DNA of 64,000 bases from Eledone cirrhosa (GCA_964016885.1 OZ024740.1:110174001-110238000), one strand, 5' to 3'. Positions 1-14,500 are shown, numbered from the stretch's first letter. Numbers and translations: made by a program. The notes: generated from the sequence alone by a model not told the origin.

Positions 1-935
1 TCTGCTCTATTTTTCTCTATTGCTAAAGTCTTACTAAACCTAATGGACTCTATTCTAATTGCTCTTTTCAGAGCAAACCACCACTTGTTGTTGACGATGG
101 CCCCCGTCAACGCCCGCTTAACTAGTTCGCTAATCCGGTCTCTGTAGGCCTTGCGCGCTGGTAAGGACGCGTTTAGCTTCCAGTAGCCGGGTCCTCGTCT
201 ATGAAGCCTATCTAAGTCAAGCACACAGATCACGAATTTGTGGTCCGTGTAGCTGACTATCTTGAATTGTGGACAGCCTATGCTAGACCTATCTATTTCC
301 CTACAAAATACTCTATCTAGATATGATCTGGATGACCCTATGCGTTCTGTCCAAGTCCACATTGGTACATTCGGGAAATCCATTCGGTACCTGTCAGACA
401 GTTCAAAACGTCTGAGCAGGTTGGTGAGACTCTTGCACCCTCCTTCCCTATCCACTAATCCCACACAATCCCAGCGTGCATCTAAGATCCCGTTCCAGTC
501 ACCCACTAACACTAAAGAGCGGGACGTTCCAAGAAAGGTCTCCAGACGCCGGAAGAAATCAGGCTGCCCTGCTCCTGTCGGGGCATAGACGGCCACTAAC
601 CTGAAAGCTTGCCCGTCTCCGCTGGTCACGTCCAGCACCACCAACTTACCTTCTGGGTCCAGGAAGATGGCCCGTATGGCAAGATCCAACCTCTCTGAAA
701 AAGCACAGCAACTCCTCCCCCCGATCCCGGACGGCTGGGAGATGCGTACACATCGTAGCCGCCGAAGATCGGTGCGAAAGCCTGTGCTTCGGAGATTCTG
801 GTCTCGCTGATGGCCACTACATCTATGTTTAGTGACCTGAGGTCGTTGAGCAGGTGGCCCTGCTTCCATGACGACCCCAAGCCACGCGCATTTATGCTGC
901 CTATTCTGAAAAGGAGTGGAAAAGATGGGAAAGAC
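1..935 (-). pseudogene. LINE ORF2 apurinic endonuclease (APE) domain, frameshifted
   Basis: GSINARGL, ISETRI and GGVAVLF motifs in or just upstream of ORF 626-880. SYTDHKFV (the SDH-type motif) and GPGYWKLN are readable further down the minus strand (about 170-260). Confidence 0.75.
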
Positions 936-1629
936 CACTTACCTTACTTCTCGTAGGGGAAGGACGGTTTTACCATCCTTTTCACTGCTTGTAGCCTCCT
1001 CAGGAAGGATGTCCTTATAAATCCTCCTGGAGAGTGCTTGTCGGAAGTCTCCGATGTCTTTGGGGAATTTTTGTTTTAGTGTCATGTACGTTTTCTGTGT
1101 GATGCGAGTGATTTGTATGTGTGGAGGTGGTGTGAATTTTGGGGTTGTTGTGTAGTCTTTTTCTGTGATGCTGGTGTTGTGTTGGATGTAGTGTAATAAT
1201 TGCTTGTTGTTCAAATTTAATGCTGTGTAGTGTGTATCGTTTTGGTTGTTTTGTTTTGTTTGCGTTTGTTGTGGGTTTGTTTCTGTTTCGCATTTTGGTG
1301 ACTTTTGTGGTGTAGGTGATGGTGGTGTTGGGGTTAATGATGGTGATAGTGTTGGTGTTTGGGTTGATGGGGTTGGTGATGCTGGTGTGGATGGTGGCAT
1401 ATCTGTCCCAACTTTTTTGTTTGTTAATTTATTTGTTTCCCTCTGTATTTTGTTTTTGGAGGGGGAAGGAAGAGAATTTTTTCATTTTTGGTTTCTTTTT
1501 TTTTTCCGGATATCGTTTCCCACTCCTCGTCGTCACAATCTGTCTCCAGTTGTGATAGGCCGAGGAGTGGAAAATCCTCCACAGGCGTTAGTTTTGGTTG
1601 TGGCGTGGTGGATGGTGTAGGCGCTGGTG

Positions 1630-2433
1630 CTAGTTCTGAAGCGTTGGGTGGTGGTGGTGTTGTTTTGCTGGTGGTGGTGGTGTTGGTTTTGCTACTGTTG
1701 CTGGGGTTGTTGCTGTTATAGTTGCTTCTGTTGTTGCTGCTACAGTTGTTGCTGCCATCTCTGCTACTGGTGGTGTTGATGGTTGTGTCACTGGAGTGGG
1801 TAGGAGAGGTGGCCTCAACCTTTTAGCCTGAGGGCAGAAAGCCCTTAGGTGGGTTCCTTCACCACAAACGACACACCTAGGTCTTCTGCCCTCGACAATT
1901 ACCGTGAGGTGGCTGCCGTCAGTGAGGTCTATTACCTCTGGGATCTCCTCAATGCTTTTTTGGTCTGCTTGGATCAGGAGCACCATCCCAGATCCGGACC
2001 AGTTCTCCTGCTTTTCTTTTGCTATTGCTATTATTTTTGTGTTGGCTTCGATGCCGGCGAGGACGGCCGCTATTAGCCAGGGAATTTCGATGGCCGGTGG
2101 AACGTGCGTCACCCTGATCTTTACGAGTCTCTGGCCACAATAGCTTGGGACGAGTGTGAAGTCGTCACTTCTTAATGGGGCCATGGAGTGTTCTCTAGCC
2201 TCCTCTGGTGTTTCAAAGAACACGTCCACGGTTCCATACTTCTGCCCACGTCTGATGTGGGTTTTTCTTGCCCACACATGTCCCAAAGCTTTTTGGATTT
2301 GGGACTCGGATGCCCGTTCCACTCGGCGCGATTTTACATTTATTGTTCGATACGACACGGTGCATAGGCGCCGATGCTCCATTTTATTAGGTGGGGGTGG
2401 GGGGGGGGGGGGTAAGGCTGACCCTGTACCCAT
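1630..2433 (-). CDS. LINE ORF1 (gag-like) fragment with zinc knuckle
   Basis: CVVCGEGTHLRAFC fits C-x2-C-x4-H-x4-C, preceded by an RRM-like region. The frame is broken at the G homopolymer at about 2390-2412. Confidence 0.75.
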   Translation of the reverse strand: MGTGSALPPPPPPPPNKMEHRRLCTVSYRTINVKSRRVERASESQIQKALGHVWARKTHIRRGQKYGTVDVFFETPEEAREHSMAPLRSDDFTLVPSYCGQRLVKIRVTHVPPAIEIPWLIAAVLAGIEANTKIIAIAKEKQENWSGSGMVLLIQADQKSIEEIPEVIDLTDGSHLTVIVEGRRPRCVVCGEGTHLRAFCPQAKRLRPPLLPTPVTQPSTPPVAEMAATTVAATTEATITATTPATVAKPTPPPPAKQHHHHPTLQN

Positions 2434-3179
2434 CTTTCTTTACCATTTGTTTGGCATTTTCTAAATCCTCCTGTGTTACCGTAAATGCTTCGAACTGTTT
2501 TGCTAATCTGGCAAAACTGAGGGTCGTTTTTATAATGTCATTGTTGTTGTTGTTGCTATCGTTATTTGTGTTAATATTAATTTTAGTTTCAGTTGTGGTG
2601 GTGGTGACGCCAGTCGTCTTTGGTGGGGAAGAGTCCATTTTGCTTGATTTCATTTCGACATCACGAGTTAATTTATTTTTTTCTTCTTTTGTTTCTGTTG
2701 TCGCGGTGGCGGTGGGGTGGTGGTTGTCGCGGTGGTGGTGGTGGTGGAGGCTTTAACACCTGCAGTCATTGGTAATGGCGGGAAATGAATGTCTGCCTGA
2801 GACAAATTTAAAATATTGCTAGTGCTTATATTTTTTTTAGTGTTGGCAAACGTAGTAACATTTACAATGGTGGTGTCGGTGTGAGGTGTTAATTTGTGAG
2901 AAAGGCTTTCAGCTGCTTGGTGCAGAGGTGAATTAGCCATTTTTTTTCAAAGAAATCTTTTTGATAATAATAAAAGTTAAAATTTTGGGCACAAGGCCCC
3001 AATCTCTTTGGGTGTCCTTTTCGGAAAACAATGTATGTGCGCTTATATATGATTAACAATAAAAATTTTCCATAAATGGCAATTTTTAACAAACGGAAAT
3101 AACAAACCTTTGCGGAGCTCACGATGATACGATTTACTACGTAGGTCGCCAATAATAATAATAATAATAATAATAATAA

Positions 3180-6100
3180 AGAAGTCCTTGAGGCTTTCTA
3201 CACTGCCATGTACTACCCATCAAATACATCGAATACAGAACAGACATATATCAACTGGAAAAAGAAACATCCCGAAAACAGAGGCTATATTGACAGTAAC
3301 AAACTAGCCAATATACGAAGAAATATTGTAAGAAAAAAGTTACTAACTGATATAGAAATTGATCAGATCAAGCTATTAGCACAAAGTCAGCGAAGGGAAA
3401 ATGAAACATGTGTCAGTGAAAACGGGGTAAATTGTAACACTTCGAATCCCAGGGTTGGGGCGGAATCACTGGCAACAGAACAAATTAAAGAAAGGATCGA
3501 AAAAGTGGAGGGAGTGCATGCTCAAGATGAAACTCCAAATGAAAATAATGAGATCGTAAATGATAAAGAAATGAATGAGAATGAACTTGCCAACTTGAAG
3601 GATGAAATTATGATCGAATGGATGAAAATGAAAGAATCTGACATGGGACAACGAGACACCCTCCCTAAGATCCAGAACTCCAAACAGAACCAAAAGATAA
3701 TACACAAGACTAACATAATTCTCAAAAGCATTATCATCACAAACAAACTAAACATTACTGATTTAAATCATCTCTATTATGCATCGGCTAAAGTCACCAC
3801 TCACTTATGTGGAGTGAAGATGAAAAAACAAAGGAATTCCCACAAGAAATCTACTTGGCAAGAGAACATCAATCGCCAAATAAACCTTCTCCGATCTGAC
3901 ATAGAAATTTTAACAAACTATAAAGTAGGTGAACATGTTAAACAAACTAAACTTAGAAAATTGAAAAAAAAGTACAGTATAAAATCAACATGTGACATAG
4001 ACATGCTGATAGAAATAATCAAGCAAAAAGTGTCGGCCAAAGCTGCTCGTATAAGGCGCTTTGAAAAACGATCTAGATTCTATAAGGACAATAATATGTT
4101 CAAAAACAACCAAAGAAACTTCTACAGAAAAATTGGTAAGTCAACAATAACTGCTAAATCAATACCACCCAAGGAGGAAGTGCAAGAATTCTGGGAAAAG
4201 ATCTGGGCCGAAGAAAAAGTTCATAACATACATGCCCCATGGATAGACAGACAAATGAAAGATACAGCTCACCTTGAGGAACAAATATGGGAAAACATAA
4301 CAGTTGAACAGTTGCGCTTGGCTCTAAGAAAAACCAGCAAATGGAAATCCCCAGGAAAAGACAAAATACAAAACTTTTGGATAAATGCCTTCACAGAGTC
4401 TCATGAGCTGTTAGCCCAACTTTACAATGAAATAGTTAAGGAGCCAGAAAAGATACCATCATGGCTAGTTAACGGCATTACATTCCTGCTTCCGAAGAAT
4501 GATGAGACAAACAATCCCCAAAATTACAGACCGATAACTTGCTTGACTACAATGTATAAAATTTTAACATCAGTCCTAACTGAATACACATATGACCACC
4601 TGATAACAAATGACCTATTTCCCATTGAGCAGAAAGGGTGTAAACGAGGCTCATATGGCTGTAAGGATCAGCTTCTGGTTAACAGAATGATACTGGAAGA
4701 TTGTCATAATAGACACAAAAATCTATCGATTGCTTGGATAGATTATAAAAAAGCATTCGATAGTTTGCCACACAGTTGGATTGAAAAATGTTTAGAGATT
4801 TTCAAAATATCCCCCGTTGTCAGGAGGTTTTTGTCATTCAGTATGAAGACATGGAAAACGACACTCCTTTTGAATAGTGAAACAAAATCACTGGAAGCTG
4901 GAGAAGTTAATATTAATTGTGGAATTTTTCAGGGTGACTCTTTATCACCGCTTTTATTCTGCATCGCACTTATACCATTAAGTAAAATGCTCAATGAAAC
5001 AAAACATGGATATAAAGTCTATGACAAAACCATTAATCACCTGTTCTACATGGATGACCTGAAACTATTTGCAAAAAATGATGAACAATTGCAAGGGCTA
5101 TTATCCACTGTGGAGCAGTTCAGTGATGACATTAAAATGGAGTTTGGACTAGATAAATGCGCCAAAGCAACGTTCACCAGAGGAAAGCTGCTGAAGAGTT
5201 CAGACATTAATCTTGATTGGGGGAACGTGATCAAGAAAAAACTTACAAATATCTAGGTGTTTGTGAAGGAGACGGAATCAAGCACTCGACAATGAGGGAA
5301 AGGATAAGGAAGGAATGTTACCGCAGAGTAAGAGCAACCTTAAGAACGGAATTGAATGCAAGGAATAGGATCGATGCCATAAACACGCTTGCCATACCAG
5401 TAGTAACCTACAGTTACAATGTCATCAACTGGTCAAGCACAGAGATCCGTAGGCTCGATACAAAAATTCGAAAATTCTTAACCATGCACAGAATGCATCA
5501 CCCTAAGGCAGATATAGATAGAATATATCTCCCTAGGAAAGAAGGAGGACGTGGGTTAATCCAGTTAGACATTGCGTTGAAAACTGCAACAATTGGATTA
5601 TCTACATATCTAAGGGAATCACATGATTGGATGATCAAACTCGTTTTGAAACACGAAAGCATCAAAAGATCATATTCCATTACAAAAGATGCACAAAGAT
5701 ACAGTAATGGACTACAAATTTCAGAAGTCCCATTTACTGCTGAAATGGAAAACACAGAAAAAGCAAAGCAGGTAATAGTAACTGCAAAGAAAGAACTGCT
5801 ACAGAAACTGGCTAAGAAATGGCAAGAAAAGCCTCTGTATGGAAAATACCCAGAGCGAGCTAACAATCCTGATGTTGACAAAACTTTAACCCATCAGTGG
5901 TTGGCATCCTCTGGACTGAAATCGGAGACTGAAGGACTGATTATATCAGCACAAGATCAGTGTCTGCCAACAAAAAATTACCAAGCCAACATAATAAAAA
6001 ATGGATGCAGCCCATTATGCCGTGTATGCAAAAAACAACCAGAGACCATTGACCATATAATTTCAATGTGCAGTCCTATAGCTCCAACCGAATACCTAAA

Positions 6101-6730
6101 CAGGCATGACAGAGCTGTACAATACATACATTGGATAATGTGTAAGCATTTTGACCTGCCCCATCAAAAGAATTGGTGGGAGCATCAACCACCTCCCATA
6201 CTTGAAAAAGATCACATCTCAATCTTGTAGAACTTTAGCATCCAATCAGACCGAAAAATAGATGCAAATAGACCTGATATAATATTGAAGGACTTTAAAA
6301 AGAGGGTATGCCTGCTAATTGATATGTCTGTTCCAATAGACAAGAATGTATCTATAAAAACATTTGAAAAATTGAGCAAGTATAAGGACCTGGAGATAGA
6401 AATTGGAAAAATGTGGAAATTGAGAACTAAAACAATACCAGTGGTTGTAGGCGCTCTGGGAATGATACCTAAGGGGTCTAATGATTACTTATCGCAAATC
6501 CCAGGAAACCCGCGTATAGGAGAAATACAAAAGATAGTACTAATGGGAACTGCCCATATACTAAGGAAGATTCTATCAATATAAGTACATCACAAGTCTA
6601 AACACTAAAGATGCATGTGTGAGTGTGTGTGTTCTTTCTTGAACATGGCGGACCTTGTTGTCTCTTGAGGTCACTGGTTGTGACTTGGTGATAACTCGTA
6701 TGAACATAAAGCAAGATAAATGCAATTGTA
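3180..6730 (+). mobile_element. R4/Dong-clade non-LTR retrotransposon (RT, CCHC finger, restriction-like endonuclease), 5'-truncated, in (TAA)n
   Basis: RT motifs KSPGKD, NYRPITCL, IDYKKAFDS, GIFQGDSLSP and FYMDDLKL. Finger CRVC...ETIDHIISMC, then RHD and RPDII...LIDMSVP (RLE). One frameshift at about 5235 and a TAG stop at 6228-6230. (AAT)n lies on both flanks (3151-3178, 6730-6741). Confidence 0.9.
3208..6584 (+). pseudogene. R4/Dong polyprotein, split into ORFs 3208-5256, 5217-6230 and 6285-6584
   Basis: Collinear RT, zinc finger and RLE domains broken by one frameshift and one stop. Confidence 0.85.
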
Positions 6731-6769
6731 ATAATAATAATACACTATTAATAATTATTAATGCAGTCG

Positions 6770-7045
6770 TGTAATGCCTGTGCGTGACGAATATTTTTAA
6801 AGTGAGGAAAGACTGTGCACTGAGCCAATCCCACTCTCTGAGCGACAGTAGCTATAACCCGAAAAGAAGAAAAGATCAACATCATCGGTAACTACTGAGC
6901 CGCAGGTTTTATGTCGGAGTTAACCCAGTTTCCTGAGATGCCTTCTCCTAGAAGAATGCCCTGACAAGGGCTAGGGGTTCTTCACTCCGAGTGGTTTAAC
7001 TGCACGATCGGGCATCCAGCCCGATTATTTCTATGTCCCCACGCA
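6770..7045 (-). repeat. Diverged fragment of the 8110-8737 family
   Basis: Shares 'aatgcctgtgc...cccactctc...tcaacatcat...caggtttt...ttctcctagaa' with 8350-8530. Confidence 0.55.
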
Positions 7046-7339
7046 AAAAAAACAAAAAAAAACAAAAAAAAACTCACTTATTGACACTTATACGTACGAC
7101 ATACACACACGCGCATACATATGCGCGCACACACACGCATACATAAGCGCGCACACAGCAACACTCATACATACAAACAAACACACACACGCTACTCACT
7201 TACACACACACACACATAGATATATATATATATTACCGTCATTACTGATACAAGATTACAAGATTATGTCAACTGTTGACTTTCAAGAGTTTGTATAGTT
7301 GAAGCCGTCGTAATACAGTCCAGTATTATTATAATTGCT

Positions 7340-7495
7340 TTACAGCATAGGGTTATGGCTCTCCACGCTCTGAGCTTAAATCCCGCCGAGGTCAACCTTG
7401 CCTTTCATCCCCACGGAGTCAACAAAAGAGAGTACCAGTAATGCGCTGGACCAGTCGCTGGATCCGTGCCAAAAGCAGAAAAATTATTATTATTA
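7340..7495 (+). mobile_element. 5'-truncated tRNA-derived SINE
   Basis: B-box-like 'gagcttaaatcccgccgaggtcaaccttgcctttcatcc' and the tail 'gtgccaaaagcagaaaaattattatt' are shared with other copies. Confidence 0.7.
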
Positions 7496-7771
7496 AAGTT
7501 GTTTTCTTAAGGCCCATTCGCTGGTGATGGTGATGGCGGCGGTGGCGGCAGTTTTTGTTGTTGTGTGTGTGTGTGTGTGTGTGTTTTGTTATTTTGAGTT
7601 TTTTTTACTTACATCTCAATATAACATGGCTAAAATTAAAATTTTGCAAAGAGAAGAAAACGGACAAATGAACTAGATACATCTCACAGTCCCCCACCAT
7701 CACATGTCATTACCCTATCTAGACTAAAGTCATCGACCTGTTGTCAAACTCTCTACTCTGTGTTGAATGTG

Positions 7772-7906
<135 letters not shown>

Positions 7907-8109
7907 ATGTGTGTATATACATCACTCAGTCAAACGACTAGATTTCAACCCCAATATCTACAACAACACCGGCTCTAATGTTTACAGCAACAGCAGCTTC
8001 AGAATGAATTGAAATGAACATTTACAACAACAGCGGCATCAAAAGATGATAAAAAAAAAAAAAAAAAACCCACAAACAAACAAAAATACACATACATACA
8101 TACATACAT

Positions 8110-8737
8110 GGTGGCTGCCAACTCGTTTTCGAGTACGGCCACTACTTTACATCCATGTAGGATAACCCCTACCGAAGCGCTGAACGAGTGTGACTTTTTA
8201 GTCCAGCCAGCGACTTGAAACCTCTGGTACAAACACTACACCTGTGACAATTATTGACACATAGTGCTAGGCCCATGGTAGGACAATTATTGACACATAG
8301 TGCTGGGCCCATGTGAGGACAAGTGCAGAGAGATCTCCAGATATAAAGCAATGCCTGTGCCGTGAAGCTTTTATAGTGAGCAAAGGCACTGCACAAAGCC
8401 AGTCCCACTCTCTTAACCAAGATGCTATTTACCAAAAAGAAGAACAAGTCAACATCATTGGATACCATCAGGGTTGCAGGTGTTATATCAGAGTTTTCCT
8501 TCTCCTAGAATTCTGCCTTGACTAAGGCTAAAGGGGTCATCTCTCCCGGTGATTTTGGATGGCCATTGACTCTTAAGAGCTCCTTTGCCCTTTGACAGGT
8601 TTTGTTTTTAGTCCTGCAGGTCACCAGTTGGTGCTACTGGTAACATGTATCCCAGTACAACCTGTCTCATGGTCGGGTCGTTGGCGACTAAACTGGCAAC
8701 CCCACCAAGGTTTCTTGGTGAGGAGGGTGACTTTGGA
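8110..8737 (-). mobile_element. Short non-autonomous RTE-derived element (5'UTR-like part joined to a 3' tail), flanked by (CATA)n
   Basis: The minus strand ends in HRCSVCTRGFKSLAGLKSHTRS, resembling the RTE C-terminal C2H2-like motif, followed by an (ATGT)n tail. It also carries 'ctaggagaaggaaaactctga', which resembles RTE 5'UTRs. Confidence 0.5.
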
Positions 8738-8779
8738 CATACATACATACATACATACATACATACATACATACATAAT

Positions 8780-10920
8780 TACAAAAATTACCGCCCAATT
8801 GCCTGCCAAACATCATGTATAAATTATATACTGGGTGCCTTAACCTGTTCTTACAGGATCACTGTGCTACCAACAACATCATAACACCTGAGCAAGCTGG
8901 TGGAAAGAGGGAGGTGTGGGGTTGCATAGATCACCTACTAACTAACAAAATGATTCAGGAAAAAACAACAAAGAATCGCAGAAACATGACTGTCGTGTGG
9001 CTGGACTATCAAAAAGCATTTGATAGTGTACCTCATGGGTGGATTGTTAAGGCTTTACAGTTAGCTAAAGTCCCACAACCATTGGTAGTTGCTGTTGAAC
9101 GCCTGACCAAGAACTGGTACACCAGTTTGATCCTTAGAGGTGAGAAGGAGCAGGTTAGGACTGATAAGATACATTACCAGAAGGGCATCTTTCAGGGTGA
9201 TAGCTTGTCAGTGCTACTCTTCGTTCTCTCACTGAATCCACTATCTTACCTACTCAGGAAACAAGGTCGACAAAGAAGTGGGACCAGAAGTATCTCCCAT
9301 CTTTTCTTTGTTGATGACCTGAAGTTGTATGGGCCAAATATCAATGACATCAAGAAACAATTGGACCTCATTACACAATTTTCAACCGACATCAAAATGA
9401 AATTTGGTGAGTCCAAGTGTGCATATTTGGCAGTAAAACGTGGAAGAGCTGTGCCCTCCTCTAGAAATCTAGAGATGAACGGCCTGACAATACAACCTCT
9501 ACAGTCAGGTGACAACTACAGATATCTTGGACAGGATGAGAATGTCAGATATGATGGACCCATAAATAAGGAGAAAACCAGAACTGAATACCTCAGAAGA
9601 GTAAAGAAAATATGGTCATCAGAACTGTCAGCATACAACAAATACATTGCCCACAATACTTATGCTGTGCCAATTCTAACGCCAACATTTGGCCTACTGA
9701 ACTGGTCATTGCAAGAACTAAGTGAGATGGATGTTAGAACTCGAAAACTTCTCAGTGTTACTGGGAACTTTAACATCAATGGTGATGTGGATAGGCTATA
9801 CTTCTCACGCAAGGAAGGTGGCCGGGGTCTAAAATCAATATTAACAACATATGAGACCCGGATAGTGACACTGAAGCAACACCTTCAACAGAGGAAAAAG
9901 GTTGGCAACCATCATGCCCAGGTTTATGACCATGAAAAAAGAAATATCATTAGAATAGCGACTGATCTGGAGGAGAGATATGGAATAAAGCCCGATATAA
10001 ATCTCTCACCCAGAGAAATCGGAAGATCCTATTCAATGTTCAAACAAGAAAAAAAAATTGACCAATTTACAGAAAAAGTTGTGCATGGATACTTGAGGCG
10101 TAAAACACAGACCATAGAGGGGATAAACCACTCAAAAAGCCTGGCATGGAGTTCCGACAAGTTTATGACATCACACCTTGAGGGATATCTCTATGCAATA
10201 CAGGAACAAGAACTCCCTACCAAATATCTGCTGCACAAAAGAGGAGGGCCAGCAGCTGACAATAAATGTAGGCTATGTAAAACAAAGATCGAGGATGTAA
10301 GCCACATTGTTGCCAGCTGCGAAAGAATGTCATCTCGCTACTACCTCCCCATGAGACACGATGGGATAGCTAGAACCATCTGGAACGCACTTCGGAAAAC
10401 AAAATTAACAACAAACGAGGAAGAATATATTGAGACAGATGGCACTAAGGAATACTGGTGGAACCTGAAAATAAAAACTGCCACCAGATTAAAGCACAAC
10501 CGGCCTGATATTGTAGTTTGGGACCACACATTGTAAACGTGTTCTGTTGTGGAGATCAGCTGCCCACTTGATGTAAACGTTGTCAGAAAAATACAGGAGA
10601 AGGAGGACATCTACGGACCATTGATGAGGAGTTTACAAATCCAGTATCCAAGATACACCTTTAGCTTCATACCCATCATTATTGGTGCTACGGGTTATAT
10701 ACCAACCCGCTTGGACCAAAGTATGACTGAACTTGGATTTGCGGACAAAAAGCGCAGCTCCCTAATTCATAGTCTACAAATGGCTGCGATAGCTGGCACC
10801 TTCAAAATTTGCAAAACATTCTTGCGATTCAAGGGATGACAATTTCTTTTCTTTTACAACCTTGCCACCAGGAAGGTGGCCGGTCAAAAAAATATACTCA
10901 AAATTAAGAGAAAGAGAAAA
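8780..10920 (+). mobile_element. R4/Dong-clade retrotransposon, second family, 5'-truncated copy inserted after (CATA)n
   Basis: Starts at KNYRPIACQ directly after (CATA)n. RT motifs LDYQKAFDS, GIFQGDSLS and FFVDDLKL; CRLC...HIVASC; RHD; RPDIVVWD. The 3' end 'aaattaagagaaagaga' is shared with the copy ending at about 15145. Confidence 0.9.
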
Positions 10921-11557
10921 CATACAAATATAATGGCGACCGTTGTGGTCAGTGTCCGATAATCGGACGTGTGTAATTACGGCTTACATGAAGGCAACAT
11001 ACCATATATTGGAAAAAGTTGAGCTACATTATGCGGTAAGATTACATACAATAAATAATTCTACATAGGTGTTTGAACTGTAAGTGTGTTGTAAAACACC
11101 TATTTATATGAACGATACATACACTTATGATATATGAACGATACATACACTTTAACATATAAATGCAACGTTGTTGTATTACATTTATAAAGAAATATAC
11201 AAGTAACGTTTTCGATTCAGAAACAAAAACATAAGTGTTTGAACTGTGAATATGTTGTGAATAAGTTGTAGAACACCTATTTATATGAATGATACATAAA
11301 CTTTAACATATAAATACAGCGTTGTTATATTATATTACATTCATAAAGAAATATACCAAGTAACGGTTCTTTTTGTTCTCGATTCAAACGATTCAAGAAC
11401 AACGTTGTAGAATTAAAAATTAACTGAAAAGAAATATTACCCAAGTTGTGAATAATTTTAAATATGATTCTGACAGAACTTTGTCGAAAATTTTAAAGAA
11501 GATCATCGACTATTTTGAAAAATAAATACGAAATATTAGTGAATAGACGAACTCATC

Positions 11558-14500
11558 ATGGCAAAAAGTACAAGTCTCCTTCGACCAAATCGCAACTACA
11601 ACCGTTGTATACAATGGAGCTACGAGCTTAACAAAGTATTATATGAAGCATACAAACAATCTGAACCCCAAAAGTTCGGTTTTATGCAAAGGCTAAAAAC
11701 TTTATGGAACTCCAAACACCCAGAATTAGACTTTTCTCCAAAGCATTTAAATGAACAGGCAAAACGTATCATTAGATGTAAATTGATACATCTAACGGAA
11801 TTGAGTGATACTACAAATACAGCCCTTGTAGACAACCACCCCACCTCCACTGACAGACAAAGAGAATGGCCAGCTAAATCTAACAGTGAACAGCTCACCA
11901 ACAATTTTGCTGAAATCTATCCCACTTCTAATGAAGAACAGCGAGAAAGGTCAGCTAACTCTAGTAGTAATTGTCACCACATCAACAACGAGGCTGAAAT
12001 TCATGACTCTACTGAACAAACAGAACACCAAAAACTTGTGGACACCCTACAAGTGATATGGAACGATATGTTTCAAGAGATACACAGCCTTAATGTGAGT
12101 GACAGACCATACAACACCAGAATCAGTAAAGAACCAACTAAATTGGAATTGGAAGCGGTGAACGAAATAGCTGGCAATTATCTGAAGGCTATACGATCTA
12201 AAGGTGTAGAAACGACAATTGAAACGCTTAATGTTTTGTTATATGTTTCAGCTGTCACACGATATCATATAACACACATCTAAAACCACGCAATCAAGAT
12301 ACAAACAGAAAGCCTGAACCAGCGTGGATGCGAAATTTAAAAACCAAAATTTTGTCCCTGAGACGAAGTATCTCACACATCGCAGTCGTTATGAAATGCA
12401 ACATAGAGAGCAACTTCACACGACACCAGGAAGACCCAAAGAAAAAGTTAGAGACGATTTGGAGATACAAAATTTAAAACTTTGAACTCCAAATTACACC
12501 AGTTGAAACAACAACTCACAGCTACAACAGAGAGACTAAAATATAAGTCAACAGCACATAAACGACAAGTGCTAAATAAATTGTTTGCCAGAGATCCTAA
12601 ATCAGTTTATCGCAGCTTCAGGTGGCAAAAGCTCAATCCCTGTAAACGACACCCCTTCAAAAGAACAGGTTGAGAGCTACTGGAGATCTGTATGGGAAAT
12701 GGATGACGGATTCAACAGACAAGCTAATTGGCTAAAAGAACTGGAACAGGACTACTGCCAACATGTCCAGATAAAACAATATGACATAGATGGGTCAATA
12801 CTGGAAACATCTCTACAGAAAATGTCGAATAGGAAATCGCCAGGCCCAGACCTCATTACAGGATACTGGTTGAAGAATTTCACTTTCTATCGGCAAGATC
12901 TCATACGGCTGTTTACAGAAATCATTAAAGGCACACAAGAACTGCCCAGATGGTTATCAACTGCCACTACTCTCCTCATTCCCCAAAATAGCCAAACCAC
13001 CCTTGCTAAAAATTACCGCCCAATAGCCTGCCAAAACATCATGTATAAATTATATACTGGGTGCCTTAACCTGTTCTTACAGGATCACTGTGCTACCAAC
13101 AACATCGTAACACCTGAGCAAGCTGGTGGAAAGAGGGAGGTGTGGGGTTACATAGATCACCTACTAACTAACAAAATGATTCATGAAAAAACAACAAAGA
13201 ATCGCAGAAACATGACTGTGGTGTGGCTGGACTATCAAAAAGCATTTGATAGTGTACCTCATGGGTAGATTATTAAGGCTTTACAGTTAGCTAAAATCCC
13301 CAAACCATTGGTAGCTGCTGTTGAACGCCTGACCAAGAACTGGTACACCAATTTGATCCTTAGAGGTGAGAAGGAGCAAGTTAAGACTGATAAGATACAT
13401 TACCAGAAGGGCATCTTTCAGGGTGATAGCTTGTCAGTGCTACTCTTCGTTCTCTCACTGAATCCACTATCTTACCTACTCAGGAAACAAGGTGGACAAA
13501 GAAGTGGGTCCAGAAGTATCTCCCATCTTTTCTTTGTTGATGACCTGAAGTTGTATGGGCCAAATATCAATGACATCAAGAAACAATTGGACCTCATTAC
13601 ACAATTTTCAACAGACATCAAAATGAAATTTAGTGAGTCCAAGTGTGCATATTTGGCAGTAAAACGTGGAAGAGCTGTGCCCTCCTCTAGAAATCTAGAG
13701 ATGAACGGCCTGACAATACAACCTCTACAATCAGGTGACAACTACAGATATCTTGGACAGGATGAGAATGTCAGATATGATGGACCCATAAATAAGGAGA
13801 GAACCAGAACTGAATACCTCAGAAGAGTAAAGAAAATATGGTCATCAGAATTGTCAGCATACAACAAATACATTGCCCACAATACTTATGCTGTGCCAAT
13901 TCTAACGCCAACATTTGGCCTGCTGAACTGGTCATTGCAAGAACTAAGTGAGATGGATGTTAGAACTCGAAAACTTCTAAGTGTTACTGGGAACTTTAAC
14001 ATCAATGGTGATGTGGATAGGCTATACTTCTCACGCAAGGAAGGTGGCCGGGGTCTAAAATCAATATTAACAACATATGAGACCCGGATAGTAACACTGA
14101 AGCAACACCTTCAACAGAGGAAAAAGGTTGGCAACCATCTTTCCCAGGTTTATGAGCACGAAAAAAAAAATATCATTAGAATAGCCACTGATCTGGAGGA
14201 GAGATATGGAATAAAGCCTGATATAAATCTCTCACCCAGAGAAATCGGAAGATCATATTCAATGTTCAAACAAGATAAAAAAATTGACCAATTTACAGAA
14301 AAAGTTGTGCATGGATACTTGAGGCGTAAAACACAGACCATAGAGGGAATAAACCACTCAAAAAGCCTGGCATGGAGTTCCGACAAGTTTATGACATCAC
14401 ACCTTGAGGGATATCTTTATGAAATACAGGAACAAGAACTCCCTACCAAATATCTGCTGCACAAAAGAGGAGGGCCAGCAGCTGACAATAAATGTAGGCT

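Larger units (their letters stand above)
1..2890 (-). mobile_element. L1/Tx1-like non-LTR retrotransposon, 5' part (ORF1 and start of ORF2), frameshifted; continues beyond the window's left edge
   Basis: ORF1 pieces (2387-2653, 1630-2433, 939-1400) include a CCHC knuckle. They are followed on the same strand by an APE endonuclease N-terminus (FRIGSINARGLG...DVVAISETRI...GGVAVLF). The 5' boundary is approximate. Confidence 0.8.
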
